The notes: generated by a model not told the origin, from the sequence alone. A stretch of DNA of 64,000 nucleotides from Eledone cirrhosa (GCA_964016885.1 OZ024743.1:301816001-301880000); one strand, 5' to 3'; shown: positions 1 to 14,320, numbered from the stretch's first letter. Program-made: numbers and translations.

Positions 1-304
1 AATTGAATACTGAAAGATATAAATCCTAGTCAAAATTTGCATATGAATTATGCAATGATTCTTCATTCATTGAACAAATGTATTCGCTGAATGAATACAT
101 ATTTCCTAGAAATACATGTATATGTCAAATTATTCATATAGAGAGTAACATGAATGCACGGATGTTAAGTGTGTGTATAATATACACGACTTTTGTTGTC
201 ACTGACACAAACAATTTAATTACAATGTTACTATTGCGTATATATAGATGTATGTGTCTATATGCGTAATAATGTGAGTAGGTCAGTTTTTGCATATGTA
301 TACA

Positions 305-396
<92 letters not shown>

Positions 397-399
<3 letters not shown>

Positions 400-590
400 G
401 AAGGAAGTGTGGTAAGGTACCAGATGGACCATAACGCAACAGAGTACTCAATACTTAGGATAGTAGAGTGGGTAATAGGAAAATGTTAAACACCGACCGC
501 AGAGCTCAAGCCGTTTCGACGGCTATTTCTGGACCAGATATAGCCGTCGGATCGGCTTGAGCTCTACCATTGGTGTCTAACATGTTCCTA
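397..590 (-). mobile_element. Short PLE 3'-terminal fold-back fragment in (TA)n (family A)
   Basis: Reverse-complement match to 12143-12339; terminal hairpin around agagctcaagccgtttcgacggcta...tagccgtcggatcggcttgagctct; TA-rich tracts on both sides. Confidence 0.7.
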
Positions 591-600
591 TATATCTATC

Positions 601-717
<117 letters not shown>

Positions 718-905
718 ATGTATATATTTATATATAGATATTATATAAATGAAAATAGATAAATTAATGTGAGCAAGAAGCCAACAGTATTTCATAATAT
801 ATAAGTGACTATAATTATTTTATTTTATATATATATATTATATATATATATATATATACGATATTAACAAATGGAAACTATGTGTATAAAACCATATTTA
901 TTTCA

Positions 906-2469
906 TTATACATATTTCAAGGGCCCACGCGTGCCAGGTTCCCTAGCTACATTCTCTACGATGTATCGCATGATGTGGAGGTTGTCGTGGATGGATATGT
1001 CGGGAATGGCGCATATCTTCGCCTCTCCCACCAGACCACCAACGACAAGCGCCAACCTCTTTGCTAGCACCTTGGCCAAAACCTTGAACTCTGTGTTTAG
1101 CAGAGTTATGGGCCTGAAATTATCTATGTTATCCCCCTTGTTCGGATCCTTTCTCAGCAGCCCCACCGCTTCTCGGCTCACAGAGCTGGGAATTCTCCCG
1201 TTCTTTTGCCAGTTGCAGTAGACGTCCGCCAAGTGGGCTCCGAACAAGTCTGGCATCGGTCCGAAAAGTTCATAGAGCAGACCATCCAAACCAGGCGATT
1301 TACCACTTGTGCAGCCAGTCATTGCCTCCCGTACCTCAGCGGCTGTTATCGGCCTTTCTCAATACTCCGCTTGAGTGGCCGCGGTAGTCCGTCGAGGTAG
1401 ACACTAAAGTCCATCCCTCGACCCGGCCCACCGCTGCCCCCGAACAGTTGGTCGAAATGTCGCTAAAAAGCTTAACACATTTGCCCGGGATCGTGTAGCA
1501 TGCGCCCGTCGTGGCCCACCACAGACCGGATCGTGGCTTTGTTGCCAAGATGTGCCTCCGCCACTCGGGCCCATTGAACGGCTTTCGTCCCCTCGTGTGT
1601 GAGAGCACGCACCCTAGCTCTGACAACGCAGCCTTCGTGCTTTGCATAGAAGAATTGGTCAGGGGCCAATTTCGCCGCAAGTACGTCGGTCGCGATGCCT
1701 TTGCTAAGCGCCTCGTCTAATTGTCTAAGGACGCGTTTAGCTTCCAGTAGCCGGGTCCTCGTCTATGAAGCCTATCTAAGTCAAGCACACAGGTCCGTGT
1801 AGCTGACTATCTTGAATTCTGGACAGCCTTAGCCACACCTATTTATTTCCCTACAAAATACTCTATCTAGATATGATCTGGATGACACTATGCGGTTTGT
1901 TCAAGTCCACATTGGCACATTCGGAAAATCCAATTGGTACCTGTCAGACAGTTCAAAACGCTTGGGCAGGTTCGTGATGCTCTTTCACCCTCCTCCCCTA
2001 TCTGCTAATCCCACACAGTCTCAGAATGCATCTAAGAACCCGTTCCAGTTGCCCACTAACACTAAAGAGCGGGACGTTCCAAGAAAGGTCTCCAGACGCC
2101 GGAATAAATCAGGCCGCCCTGCTCCTGTCGGGGCATAGACGGCCACTAGCCTGAAAGCTTGCCTGTCTCCGCGGGTCACGTCCAGCACCACCAACTTACC
2201 TTCTGGGTCCAGGAAGATGCCCCGTACGGCGAGATCCAAACCTCTTCGAAAAAGCACAGCAATTCCTCCACCCGATCCAAGACGGCTGGGTGATGCGTAC
2301 ACATCGAGCCGCCGAAGATCGGTGCGAAGGCCCGTGCTTCAAAGATTCTGGTCTCGCTGATGACCACTACATCTATGTTTAGTGACCTGAGGTCGTTGAG
2401 CAGGTGGCCCTGCTTCCATGACAATCTCAAGCCACGCGCATTTATGCTGCCTATTCTGAGTGAGGTCAT
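906..2469 (-). pseudogene. Tx1/L1-clade LINE ORF2 (APE endonuclease + N-terminal RT), frameshifted and truncated
   Basis: SINARGL, VVVISET, VAVYAP (APE motifs); GKSPGLDGL and NFRPITLLNTEFKVLAKVLAKRL (RT start). Confidence 0.9.
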
Positions 2470-4820
2470 GTTGAATTGGAGTGGAAAAGATGGGAAAGAC
2501 CACTTTCCTTACTTTTCCTAGAGGAAGGATGGTTTCTCCATCCCTTTTCACTTGATCGTCTGGTGAAGGGACCGTTGAATCGTCCCTTCGGCTGGTCGTC
2601 GGCTCTTCTATGAGTATGTCCGAATATACTCTCCTGTTGAGAGACCCTCCTCGGTCTCTGATATCACCAACTGCGTTGGGGAATTTCGTTTTAACGTTTG
2701 TGTGTTGTTTCTGTGCTATTTTTACCAGTGTTATGTTCGTTGGTGTTTTGATTGGTGCTGGTATTATGTAGTCGTGCTGTGAAATGTAATTCTGTTCAAT
2801 TATGTAAGTCATTAGTTTCTTGTTGTGTATTTATTGCCGTGCATTTGTTTTTCTGGGGGTGAGGTGTGGTTCTGCTATTTTCTTGTCGTTGTTGCTTGGT
2901 GTGTGTGTTTTGTTGTTGTGTTTGCGATGTTGGTGCTTGTGGTGGTGATGTTGAAGGTGTTGTTGTTTTTGGCGGTGGGGTTGTCGCCGGTGGTGATGGT
3001 GGTGCTAGTGTGGGTGGTGATGGTGTTCGTGGTGTTGCTGCTGTGAGTCACTTTGCAGTAGATTTTACCCTTTTTTCATTTCTTTCATCCCCTTTCGAAG
3101 GCGACGATGCGCTGCTTCTGCGTTTGTGCCTTCTTGCGACATTTTGCCATCCCTCTCCCACTTCACACTCCATGTCTGATTCTGTGAGGTTGGGGAGGGG
3201 TACCAGCTCCACTCTTTCACTTGTTGTTGTTCGTGATGTTTGCAGTGGAGTCTCTGTTGCAGCTGCAGTTGGTGTTACTGTTGTTGTTGTTAATACTTCC
3301 ACTGCTGCTACTGTTCTTGATTTCCGTGGCGTGGGTATAGGTGCCACGGACCTATCATTCCTGGTTGCCGCTTGTCCTGTTGCTGGTAGCAGTGGAGCCG
3401 GTTTCGGAAGGAGGGGGTTTTCTTCGTTCTCACGGTCTTCTCATTGCAGAAGGCCCTGAGGTGAGTCTTCGATACCCAGGAAAAGCATTTTGTGCGTTTG
3501 CCCTCACAACTTATGGGCAGTTGAGTGCCGTTGTCGAAGTCTATCACATCCGGGATAGCTTCGATGCACTCCTGGTTGGTTTGGATTAACATCTCAATGG
3601 AAGTGCCGACCCAATCTTCTCTTACCTTTTTCAGTACTTGCAGTACAGTTGTTTTGTACTCGATTCCGACGAGGACAGATGCGGCCAGCCAAGAAGGGGC
3701 CATCCCGGGGGGGGGGGGACGTGGGTCAGTTTGACCCACATAGTTTTTGCCCGCAATAGGAGGGCACCAACACCATTTCCTCGCTCCTTAGTGGGGTGTG
3801 GCAAAAAGCACATCTACAGTGGCATACTTCTTGCCTCGGCTGATATGCGTTTTCTACTGCAACACAGACCCTAAGGTTTTTTTGTATTTGAGCCTCTGTG
3901 GCTCTTTCAACCTACGGGATTTTGTGCATACTGTACGGTACGTGACCGTACAGTGCTGTTGGGTTTCGAACATTTTTTTCGGCTGCCTTGCAGATTGCTC
4001 GGTGTCCGGTTTTCGTCACCATCTTCTTTGCTTCCTGTAATTCCTCATTTGTTATAAGGATGTTTTCTAGTTTCTTTCCGATACCTGCAAACAAGATTGG
4101 TTTTTCTTTCTTGTTGTTGTTGTCGTCAGAGCTGCTGTTACTTTTGTTGTTGCTGCTGGTACTACTACTGCCGCCGCCGCTGTTGCTGTGGTTGTTGTTG
4201 TTGTTGCTGCTGCTGCTGTTTTGTTGCTGCTGCTGCTGATGCTGTTGCGGCTGCTACTATTGTTTTCCTTGTCACTGTTGCTGCTGCTGCTGTTATTACG
4301 GCTGCTACTGCTATTATTCATGACGTCCGACGAATGAAATGGCTTTCCATATTTACCGTACACATTATTCGTCGTTGTCGTCGTCGTGGAGAAATTTTCC
4401 TCGGTTTGCACGTGCTCGAGGAAACTATCAGAAACTATATATATTTTTTTTCTTTACTGGGGTCGCTTGCGAAAGAGACGGGAGGGAGAGAGACATATTT
4501 AGAGAAGGGAGGGAGAGAGACAATATTCTCTCTGATGTAGTAACGATTGAGGAAGAAGACGGAATGAGTGGGAGTGACTTGTGAAAATTCTTTTTTGTAG
4601 CCATGTTTTTTTTTGGTTTAAAATGATTATTGGGCACAAAACCCCAATAAGCGGTTATTTAACCCCCAAGGACCAAATAACGGGCAGAAAGCCCCCTCTC
4701 ACGAGGAGGAGGGTGTTTTTATCTACAGTTTGGTTAAAGTTTTAAACAATTTACAATTGTTATTACGGTTAAAAATTACTGCACCTTACAGAGCCGAGCC
4801 TCCGTCAACCATGGCATTCA
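926..4820 (-). mobile_element. Tx1/L1-like non-LTR retrotransposon: 5' UTR, decayed ORF1 (~2800-4410, low-complexity tracts) and ORF2 cut within RT
   Basis: GC-richer block with ORF1 fragments (knuckle-like KCFSWVSKTHLRAFC) upstream of APE-RT; ends abruptly at ~926 against a TA-flanked repeat. Confidence 0.8.
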
Positions 4821-4842
4821 ATAATAATAATAATAATAATAA

Positions 4843-5027
4843 TAATAATTGTTTCTACATTTGGCACAAGGCCAGCAAATACCCAGTGCATTACTGGTAC
4901 TTTATTTTATCGACCCCGTAAGGATGAAAGGCAAAGTTAACCTCGGCGAGATTTGAACTCAGATCATACAGGGAGGTAACTCTATGCTTCAAAGCATGGC
5001 GTCCGACCCTCTACCGATACTGCCAAA
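4843..5027 (-). mobile_element. tRNA-derived SINE with Meta-domain-like core
   Basis: Reverse complement has B-box gagttcaaatc followed by tttgcctttcatccttacggggtcgataaaataaagtaccagt; many copies in the window. Confidence 0.85.
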
Positions 5028-5439
5028 ATACATTTCCAAAATATCTTCCGTTTTCAGGAGGTTCCTGTCACTCTGTATGTCAGCACAGAAAACAACACTC
5101 AATTTGAACAGTAAAAAACATCACTGGAAGCTGAAGAATTAATATTAATTGTGGAATTTTTCAGGCTAACTCTGCATCGCTCTTATACCATTAAGTAAAA
5201 TGCTTAATGAAACAAAACCCGGATGTAAAGTCTATGAAAAAACCCTTAATCATTTGTTCCACGTGAATGACTGAAACTATTTGCAAAAAATGATGAGCAA
5301 TTGCAAGGCTATTATCCACAGTGAATCTGTTCAGTGTTGATATTAAAATGCAGTTCGGAATTGATAAAAAAAGCCCTAGGCCACGTTCATCCGAGGAAAC
5401 CTGCTGTGAAGTTCAGACATCTTGATCGGGGAGTTTTAT

Positions 5440-5900
5440 AAGAGAACTTGATCAAGAAGAAACTTATAAATGTTTTGGAGTTTGGGAAGGAGACGGAATC
5501 AAGCACTCGACCATGAGGGAAAGGATGAGGAAGGAATGTTACTTCTGAGTAAGAGCAATCTTAAGAACAGAGTTGAATACACTTGCCATACAAGTAGTAA
5601 CTTACAATTTCAATGTCATCAACCAGTGAAGCACAGTGTTTGTAGGCGCTCTAGGAATGATAGCTGAAAGGTCTAATGATTACTTATCCCAAATCCCAGG
5701 AAACCTCTTTATTGAAGAAGTATTATAAAGATAATACTAGGTACTGCCCATATACTAAGGGAGATTCTGTCAATATAAATACATCTCAAGTCTAAACACC
5801 TGAAGATACTTGTGTTTGTGTATGTGTTCTCTCTTGAACATGGTGGACCTTGTTGTCTCTTGAGGTCTCTTGAGATCACTGGTTATGTCTTGGTAGTAAC
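5440..5900 (+). mobile_element. Decayed R4/Dong-like LINE 3' fragment
   Basis: Y(K)xLGV.EGDGIKH-like segment and terminal LGTAHILREIL, matching the end of the 33370-35975 element. Confidence 0.65.
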
Positions 5901-5955
5901 TCGTATGAACATAAAGCAATATAAATTAAAGAAGAAGAAGAAGAAAAAGAAGAAG

Positions 5956-6029
<74 letters not shown>

Positions 6030-7244
6030 GCAGCAAGAGTGACAATACTATTAATAACAACAACGACACAAAAGATGATCTTCTCAGTCATCACGGAAGA
6101 CATAAATCATGCCTGTTGTTATATCATTCATTATATTTCGTATATTGTATATCATGAAATAATATGCATATCTATATCAATCATGATAAGCACACGTATA
6201 CGTTCACACACAAACAGTTGCTTTGAACTATATATGTATTGGTGAATAAAAAACAATTACTGCATGAATTCAATCTTATTTTGCACTTACCTAAACTCTT
6301 TGGCTAAGAAAATTCTTCTAAACAGTATCAAATCATTCTATGATAAATAAAGTAAACCACTGGCATATGCCCTACAAAACAATCCTTTTTCACACTCCTT
6401 GCTTTTACCAATAAACCGATTTAACATATTTTAATAAGCTTGTGGAAAAACAATGATAATTCATTATGTTTTGCATGTATAATGATATACCTAAGCATAT
6501 GCTTTGCACTGATAAACTAATAATAATTGTATAATATAATTTAATATAATATAATTTGCACTGATAAAATTGATGAGGGCGGAAGTTCACGCAAAAGCAA
6601 CACAAGTGGTCTGAATTGCAAAGTGAACTTGATATCGATTCAAAGTGTAAAATAACCCACAAATTATATCCACCTTGCGTTGTGTTTAACTGTACATTAC
6701 CTACGTTTTCAACAATCAATGTCAAACCATAATTGTTATTGACTGCACATGGGCGAAGCCTTTCATATATAATGACGGACTGAAAAAACACTTGTGTTTG
6801 TTGTCGCATTCTATTTCTCATATTTTCGCCGTTTATTCCTCTTCTCCCTCTTTAGCTTTTTACTTCATCGAAATCTATCTTGTATGAAGGAATAGTGTCC
6901 GAAATGTTAGGATTATTTCCCCTGTTATTTCAACGTTCTGTGTCGTTGATTTATTAGTTTTGCCCAACATTTACTTAGGTTGTGCTCCAGTATTAAGGCG
7001 GCGGTAATTTTGATGGGACCACCTATGTTAACAGCACTCAAATCTGAAGAAATGTCGATATCTGATCGATATAGAAACGATTGTAATATGAAATAAACTA
7101 CCACAAAAAGTTGCAATCCCAAAATAATAACAGAACACACCCACTGTTTGGTTGGTTTTCGCTTCTGTATCTTTTATATCTCCATAGTCAATTTATTTGA
7201 CAATCAATGTTTATCATTGATCAATCAGCTGTTCAAAAATACAG

Positions 7245-7295
<51 letters not shown>

Positions 7296-7298
<3 letters not shown>

Positions 7299-7932
7299 GA
7301 AGTACGATTCTCGCTAATTTATATTTGTATTAATCTCCAGAGTCTAGCTATTGAGCAGTTAATTTTATTGATTTTTTTAGTTGCTTCTATTGACTGTTGA
7401 ATAGCTTTGTTATATTTAACCATTCTGTCGAGAGCTTTATTCGATTTGTGATATTTTGCATTCTCGCAATATTATACACAACTGAATCATTCGCCTAATA
7501 TAGGTTTTGCCTCCCTTGCTGAACTCCACGTGGGGTCAGTAATAGCCACACTTATATATAGCATTTTGGAGCAAAAACCTGTTGATAACACGGCTTCCTT
7601 GTTCAATCATCTTACCAGAAGCCCAACATTCTTTATGTAGGCGGACAGTACCTGATTTTGGAGTCGCAGAAACCAATACTGGATTTTACCATCAGTCCAG
7701 GGTCCGGGTAAATTATCAACACATATATTTTTATTGTTTGACCCGAATTACTTGGTAGTTTGTTTTGGCTGTGCGGATGATCTGTTTAACCAACATCTCA
7801 GTGTGTTTGTCCCTTAACGTATGTTGTAGCTCTGATTCACATGAATCATCGAGCGCTTGCCACACATATCGGAGGGTGATTTTCGTTCATTCCTGAGCTG
7901 AAGTACGATTCTGGCTGATTTATATTTGTATA
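7296..7932. repeat. TA-flanked repeat with ~35 bp terminal direct repeat (gaagtacgattct...atttatatttgtat)
   Basis: 7297-7332 resembles 7898-7931; 7735-7930 is similar to 22008-22205. Confidence 0.6.
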
Positions 7933-7960
7933 AATATATATATATATACATTTATTTATA

Positions 7961-8054
<94 letters not shown>

Positions 8055-8073
8055 TATATATATATACATATAC

Positions 8074-8665
<592 letters not shown>

Positions 8666-8689
8666 CATCTGTCCGGACAGACGTCTAAC

Positions 8690-9243
8690 CACGAAATTCG
8701 CGAGCCACGTATGGTCACTAAATGACTCAAGTATAGACTACTCCATTCAATGGAAAGCCATCACTAAGTCGAAGCCATACGCAAGGGGAGATTCGTCCTG
8801 TGGACTATGTATTGATGCGCGAATAAATATTCTAAAGACATTATGCAATAGTGATTGCCTAAATACGAGAAATGAATCCTTCACACGTTGTCCACACGTC
8901 TCGAAACACGTCTTACATAGCAACAAAGCTCCGTATTGTAGCACGACAACATCCTAATTTTCTTATCAAATACAAAGTTTCGGACATTCGCAGTTATCCC
9001 GCTTAAACCTCTCGCACGCTATTTAGTATTGTCTGTGTGAAGTGACGGTTTCTGCGCATCCGCGTTCGTACGGTTGTCCTTCCTGTTCCGTATAATCATG
9101 TCCATTACGAACTGAGGATCCGATCAGGTGTAGCAATTGTACTCGGTATGATGAACTATCTGTTGTGTAAATACTTCTACCTAACTTGTCCCATGGACTG
9201 AGTGCACTACCACTACAGATATAACCTTCCAGTGTTCTACCTC
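8690..9243 (+). mobile_element. Naiad-like PLE 3' end: GIY-YIG C-terminus and 3' UTR with decayed HHR (9108-9145)
   Basis: ASHVWSL...IQWK...KPY...CGLC...LNTRNE...CPH matches the C-terminus of the 17549-18754 ORF. Confidence 0.8.
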
Positions 9244-9337
9244 TATCTATATATATATATGCGTGTGTATGTGTGTGTATGTGTATATAGTGTGTATATA
9301 TATATACATGTGTGTGTGTGTTGTGTGTATGTGTATG

Positions 9338-9508
<171 letters not shown>

Positions 9509-9769
9509 TATATAGTAATAATAATACATTTGAAGACTAAAATCCAAAGAGGGCTCCATAAGGATAAATATATATTCAGGTTTGAGGTTCACCACTGTAT
9601 AGAGCTGGTCTATTCCGTATGGTCAATCGTAATGTAATAATATAGATAGTACTCCACGTAAAGCAGTTCAACCGTCTTTGTTTTTGTAGTTGTTGGTGCT
9701 ATTACGGAGTTAAATATTATAATGAAATGACTGGAGGCTGGATTTGTGTAAATCCTTGAAAGGTTTATT

Positions 9770-9827
9770 ATACTATGATCATTTCAACGACCGGGTTCCG
9801 TATGAGTCCGGTGATATCATCAGGTAT
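9770..9827 (-). ncRNA. Type I hammerhead ribozyme
   Basis: atac-CTGATGA-(accgg...ccggt helix II)-GAAA-tgatca-TA-gtat on the reverse strand. Confidence 0.8.
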
Positions 9828-10010
9828 TCGAAATATAATACGTGAACGTAATAGATAAAATCCATGGGGCTGGAAATCGAGGACACGTGGTCGACCGCTA
9901 TCTTGCACCCTCTACCTTAGCCGGTCACCCTCGAAGATAGCGGTCGCCCTCGGGGCCCCGATTTTCAGCCCCATGGATTTTATCTATCACATTCACGTAT
10001 TATATTTCGA

Positions 10011-10068
10011 ATACCTGATGATATAACCGGATTCATACGGAACCCGGTCATTGAAATGATCATAGTAT
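10011..10068 (+). ncRNA. Type I hammerhead ribozyme
   Basis: atac-CTGATGA-...accgg...ccggt...-GAAA-tgatca-TA-gtat; helix I atac/gtat, palindromic helix III ATGATCAT, then AATAAA. Confidence 0.8.
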
Positions 10069-10114
10069 AATAAACCTTTCAAAGATTTACACAAATCCAG
10101 CCTCCTGTCATTTC

Positions 10115-10162
<48 letters not shown>

Positions 10163-10199
10163 TTGCACACCGCCAAAGATTCGATTTCACTAAGCTTCC

Positions 10200-10282
<83 letters not shown>

Positions 10283-10393
10283 TTAAAGGAATTCCAACTT
10301 TGTCTGATTTACTCGTTTTATTTACAATCTTTTAACATTTATAATGGTATTTGAATGAAATAGTATGGTAGAATATTAAATGTTAAGTGTTAA

Positions 10394-10434
10394 TTGAACA
10401 AGTACTTTCATGCTTTCGCAATTTTCAGGTTCAA
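10394..10434 (-). ncRNA. Minimal type I HHR with C3/A8 core, inside a TA-flanked fold-back (10278-10492)
   Basis: ttgaac-CTGAAAA-t-tgc-gaaa-gca-t-GAAA-gtac-TT-gttcaa; 6 bp helix I, palindrome AGTACT. Confidence 0.75.
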
Positions 10435-10530
10435 AATGTGTGGTGACAGTCAAGTTTGCAATCAGGCAAAGTTGGAATTCCTTTTATTAATATAATCTTC
10501 TATACACAATCATACACACCCGTGTATCTT

Positions 10531-10626
<96 letters not shown>

Positions 10627-10677
10627 ATATATACACATACACACCCACACACACACACACATACGCACACACACACA

Positions 10678-11165
<488 letters not shown>

Positions 11166-11362
11166 ATATATATATATACATATTTCTTCCTAATAACCGT
11201 CTTTTTCTCCTTGTTTTCATTAATATATATTAGAAAGTGAGGTTTTTTTTACAAAAAATAACCGAGGTGTCCTACACGAGTGAATATATAAAGAAAGAAA
11301 GATGAAGTCGAAAATGGAACTGGAGACTTGTTTTCTTTTAAATATATATGTTTATTTCGTTC

Positions 11363-11398
11363 ATTTACCGGTTTCGCTGTTCTTCTGCTTTTCAAAAG
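11363..11398 (-). ncRNA. Minimal type I HHR, U3-A8 variant
   Basis: ctt-TTGAAAA-gcag-aagaa-cagc-GAAA-ccgg-TA-aat. Confidence 0.7.
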
Positions 11399-11791
11399 TA
11401 GAGTTGAGATGTAGGGTCTGTGGTTTTACTCACACCTGGTTGGTCTTTAAATGTTACTTGTTTTATATGGAAAAAAGTGGCTCCAAACGCCAGATTTTTA
11501 GAGAAGTAATTTGATTGGTTGGTCAATAAGTATAATAAATGTCGCGCCAGTTCGCGTTACAAAGTTTTTTAAACAAGGGGGGGGGGGTGCTCAGGGCGTT
11601 TTTTCATATATGTGTATTTGAATTTGTTTTTAGTAAGAACTGGCGCGAAATGTATTATACTTATTGACCAACCAATCAAATTACTTCTCTAAAACCCTGC
11701 CGTTTCGGGCCACATTTTTCCATATAAAACAAGTAAGATTCAAAGACCAACCAGATGTTAGAGAAACCACAGACCCTCCATCTCGACACTG

Positions 11792-11827
11792 CTTTTGAAA
11801 AGCAGAAGAACTGCGAAACCGGTAAAG
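11792..11827 (+). ncRNA. Minimal type I HHR, U3-A8 variant
   Basis: ctt-TTGAAAA-gcag-aagaa-ctgc-GAAA-ccgg-TA-aag; all three helices pair. Confidence 0.85.
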
Positions 11828-11872
11828 GAACCAAAAAAATGTATATATTTTTTTAATAATAAGACTCCATTT

Positions 11873-11933
<61 letters not shown>

Positions 11934-12075
11934 CGTACCATATATACACATACATACATATCTGGATGCTCGGAATATATTATTCATGTAATTCAGAATA
12001 TTATAAATTGTTCACGTTAGTCAATATATAGTGCATATACATGCATGCACACACAGACACACATGCACCCCCCAC

Positions 12076-12142
<67 letters not shown>

Positions 12143-12146
<4 letters not shown>

Positions 12147-12336
12147 AACCAGTAAGACCCCGACAGCTGAGCTCAAGCCGTTTCGACGGCTAATTCTGGA
12201 CTCAGAATTAGCCGTCGAAACGGCTTGAGCTCAGCTGTCGGGGTCTTACTGGTTCCTATTACCCACTCTACTACCTCAAGTATTGAGTACTTTGGTGCGT
12301 TATAGTCCACCTGGTTCCTTACCACATTTCCTTCGT

Positions 12337-12339
<3 letters not shown>
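12143..12339 (+). mobile_element. Family A fold-back: perfect ~56 bp-arm hairpin plus PLE 3' tail
   Basis: 12143-12259 is a perfect palindrome around a short loop; tail matches 62140-62200. Confidence 0.8.
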
Positions 12340-12371
<32 letters not shown>

Positions 12372-13569
12372 ATACTTAGTCCTTCATCAGTGATCTTCCA
12401 ACCTTCATCGGTATTTCACCGCTTTAACGATCATATACCTATGGTTGGTGCGAGCAACGGCTAAAGAAAGTCGTTGATACACGTAAAATAGGGTGAAACG
12501 TGCGAGACATGTAACAAACAAAAATGGTATTTAACTCTCGTCTACGATTTCACAGAACTTATGTTCATTGATTTCAAGGACTTGACTCCTTCTTCCTCAC
12601 TTTTCTTACCCTCTTTACACTGTCTCTCTCTCTTTCTCTCTCTATATATCTCTCTATATATGTGTGTGTGTGTGTGTATGTGTGTGCATGTGTGAGTGTA
12701 TGTGCATGTATGTGTGCATGCGCGTGTGATTTCAATATTTCGAATCTACATCTCCTAAGGTACTATAATTTAACAACATATTTACCGTCATCTTAGGTGA
12801 CTATATCTTATGAATATTTATTTTATAATTTATAATTAACTTTCAAATACCTTCAATCTTGCGATTCTAAGATTATATATGTGCGAAACGATAAACTTAC
12901 TTATTTAAACTTACTTAGTATTATACTTACTAAGAAGTATAATACTACGAACTAATGAAATATACATTTATCATGTTAAGTATCATAGATATATACAACA
13001 TATTTTGTTTATACGTATATATTTCAAAGCCAATTTTAGACGTGTATTTTAAGTTCCATAGAAGACGTAAGTTAATGGCGTTTATAAAGTTTGAATGCCA
13101 TCTATGACTGTTGGACTTTATGTGTTAATCGATATCAACATCTCAAGTTACGCGTCTAAATACTTTTAAACTGAAGATCAACAGCCGGCCTCATTCACAT
13201 TTATCTGCATAACCTACACATATAAGCTTCAGTCCAAGAACATGTAATTAATATACATTGTGACTAGTTTTTACTGGTCATCAATGTGTGTTAAATTATT
13301 TCACAGTTTTAACCAAATCTATATTTAGTTCGTTTACAAAAGCACGTTTTTACAAGTATCTCATTTAATTATTGTACATAGTAATTCGAGTAATTGTCTG
13401 TTAAAGCAAATATTTCTGCTCAAACCGATGACTATTTGAATTACAATAAGCGTGAACATTTGAATTTAGTAATGTCTTCCACAAATATAATTATTAGGAT
13501 ACACTAGTTATATTGTCCATTACATTCGTTAAGAAAGTATTCGAGAAATGAAATAATTCTGCTAGCTAA

Positions 13570-14100
13570 GGGGCGACGTCCATACTCAAATTGCCACGCA
13601 AAACGTCAAAATGACGTTGTGGGTGGGATTTGAAAAAAGATTGTGACGTTTTGCGTATAAACATAAATTAAGAACTTTGACTCACCTCCAACACGCGCCT
13701 GTCAACAGCCAACGTATTCTGCCATTTTATTTAGCCTTATGTGGCTCCTCCCCCTGAAATGTATCCCCCCACCTTGTAACTTGCTTTAAATTCCATAACA
13801 TTTGATTTGCCCCTATTTTTAAAAGTCATTTGAGATAAATTAATTTATAAGCAAAGTTCAATTTTATAGAGCCTTTTTTCACCATTTATGACATGTGTGT
13901 ATGTGTGTGTGAGTGATAACTTTTTATCGACAAAAGAAGACTGATTAACGTCCCTAATGTTTAACCCTAATTCAATTGAGGGTTTTTATGAGTGTTTTTC
14001 ATCTTTGTCACGCTTGACGTTTTTGGTACTGAGTGGGCGCTTCACGTCCAAAACGTCATTTTGACGTTTTGCGTGGCGATTTGAGTATGGACGTCGGTCC
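13570..14100. mobile_element. PIF/Harbinger (Tourist-like) MITE
   Basis: ~48 bp TIRs ggggcgacgtccatactcaaat.../...atttgagtatggacgtcggtcc with TAA duplicated on both sides (13567-13569, 14101-14103). Confidence 0.85.
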
Positions 14101-14320
14101 TAACATGATTTATGTATATATTTCTATCGAGATGGGCTTTGTTTAAAATATGTCCTCTACTTTCAAAGACAAATACAAAACAATAAAATATATGCAGTAT
14201 TGCTCCAAATGTAAGGAACAGCGTCACAATTTCTCTAAAATGAAGCTGTACATATATACGAACATACATACATAGGTATATACACAGACACATACACACA
14301 CACACACATTCACACCCGCC

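Larger units (their letters stand above)
9716..10102. mobile_element. ~385 bp fold-back element with an HHR on each strand
   Basis: 9716-9905 is a near-perfect inverted repeat of 9935-10102; ends in (TA)n. Confidence 0.85.
11228..11876. mobile_element. Fold-back non-autonomous PLE derivative related to the 46600-48240 element
   Basis: Inverted arms ~11325-11555 and ~11635-11870; TA-flanked; HHR on both arms. Confidence 0.8.

Noticed and set aside
6405-7140. Host gene exon from two minus-strand ORFs
   Set aside because: No recognisable domain, stops between frames, no clear splice sites
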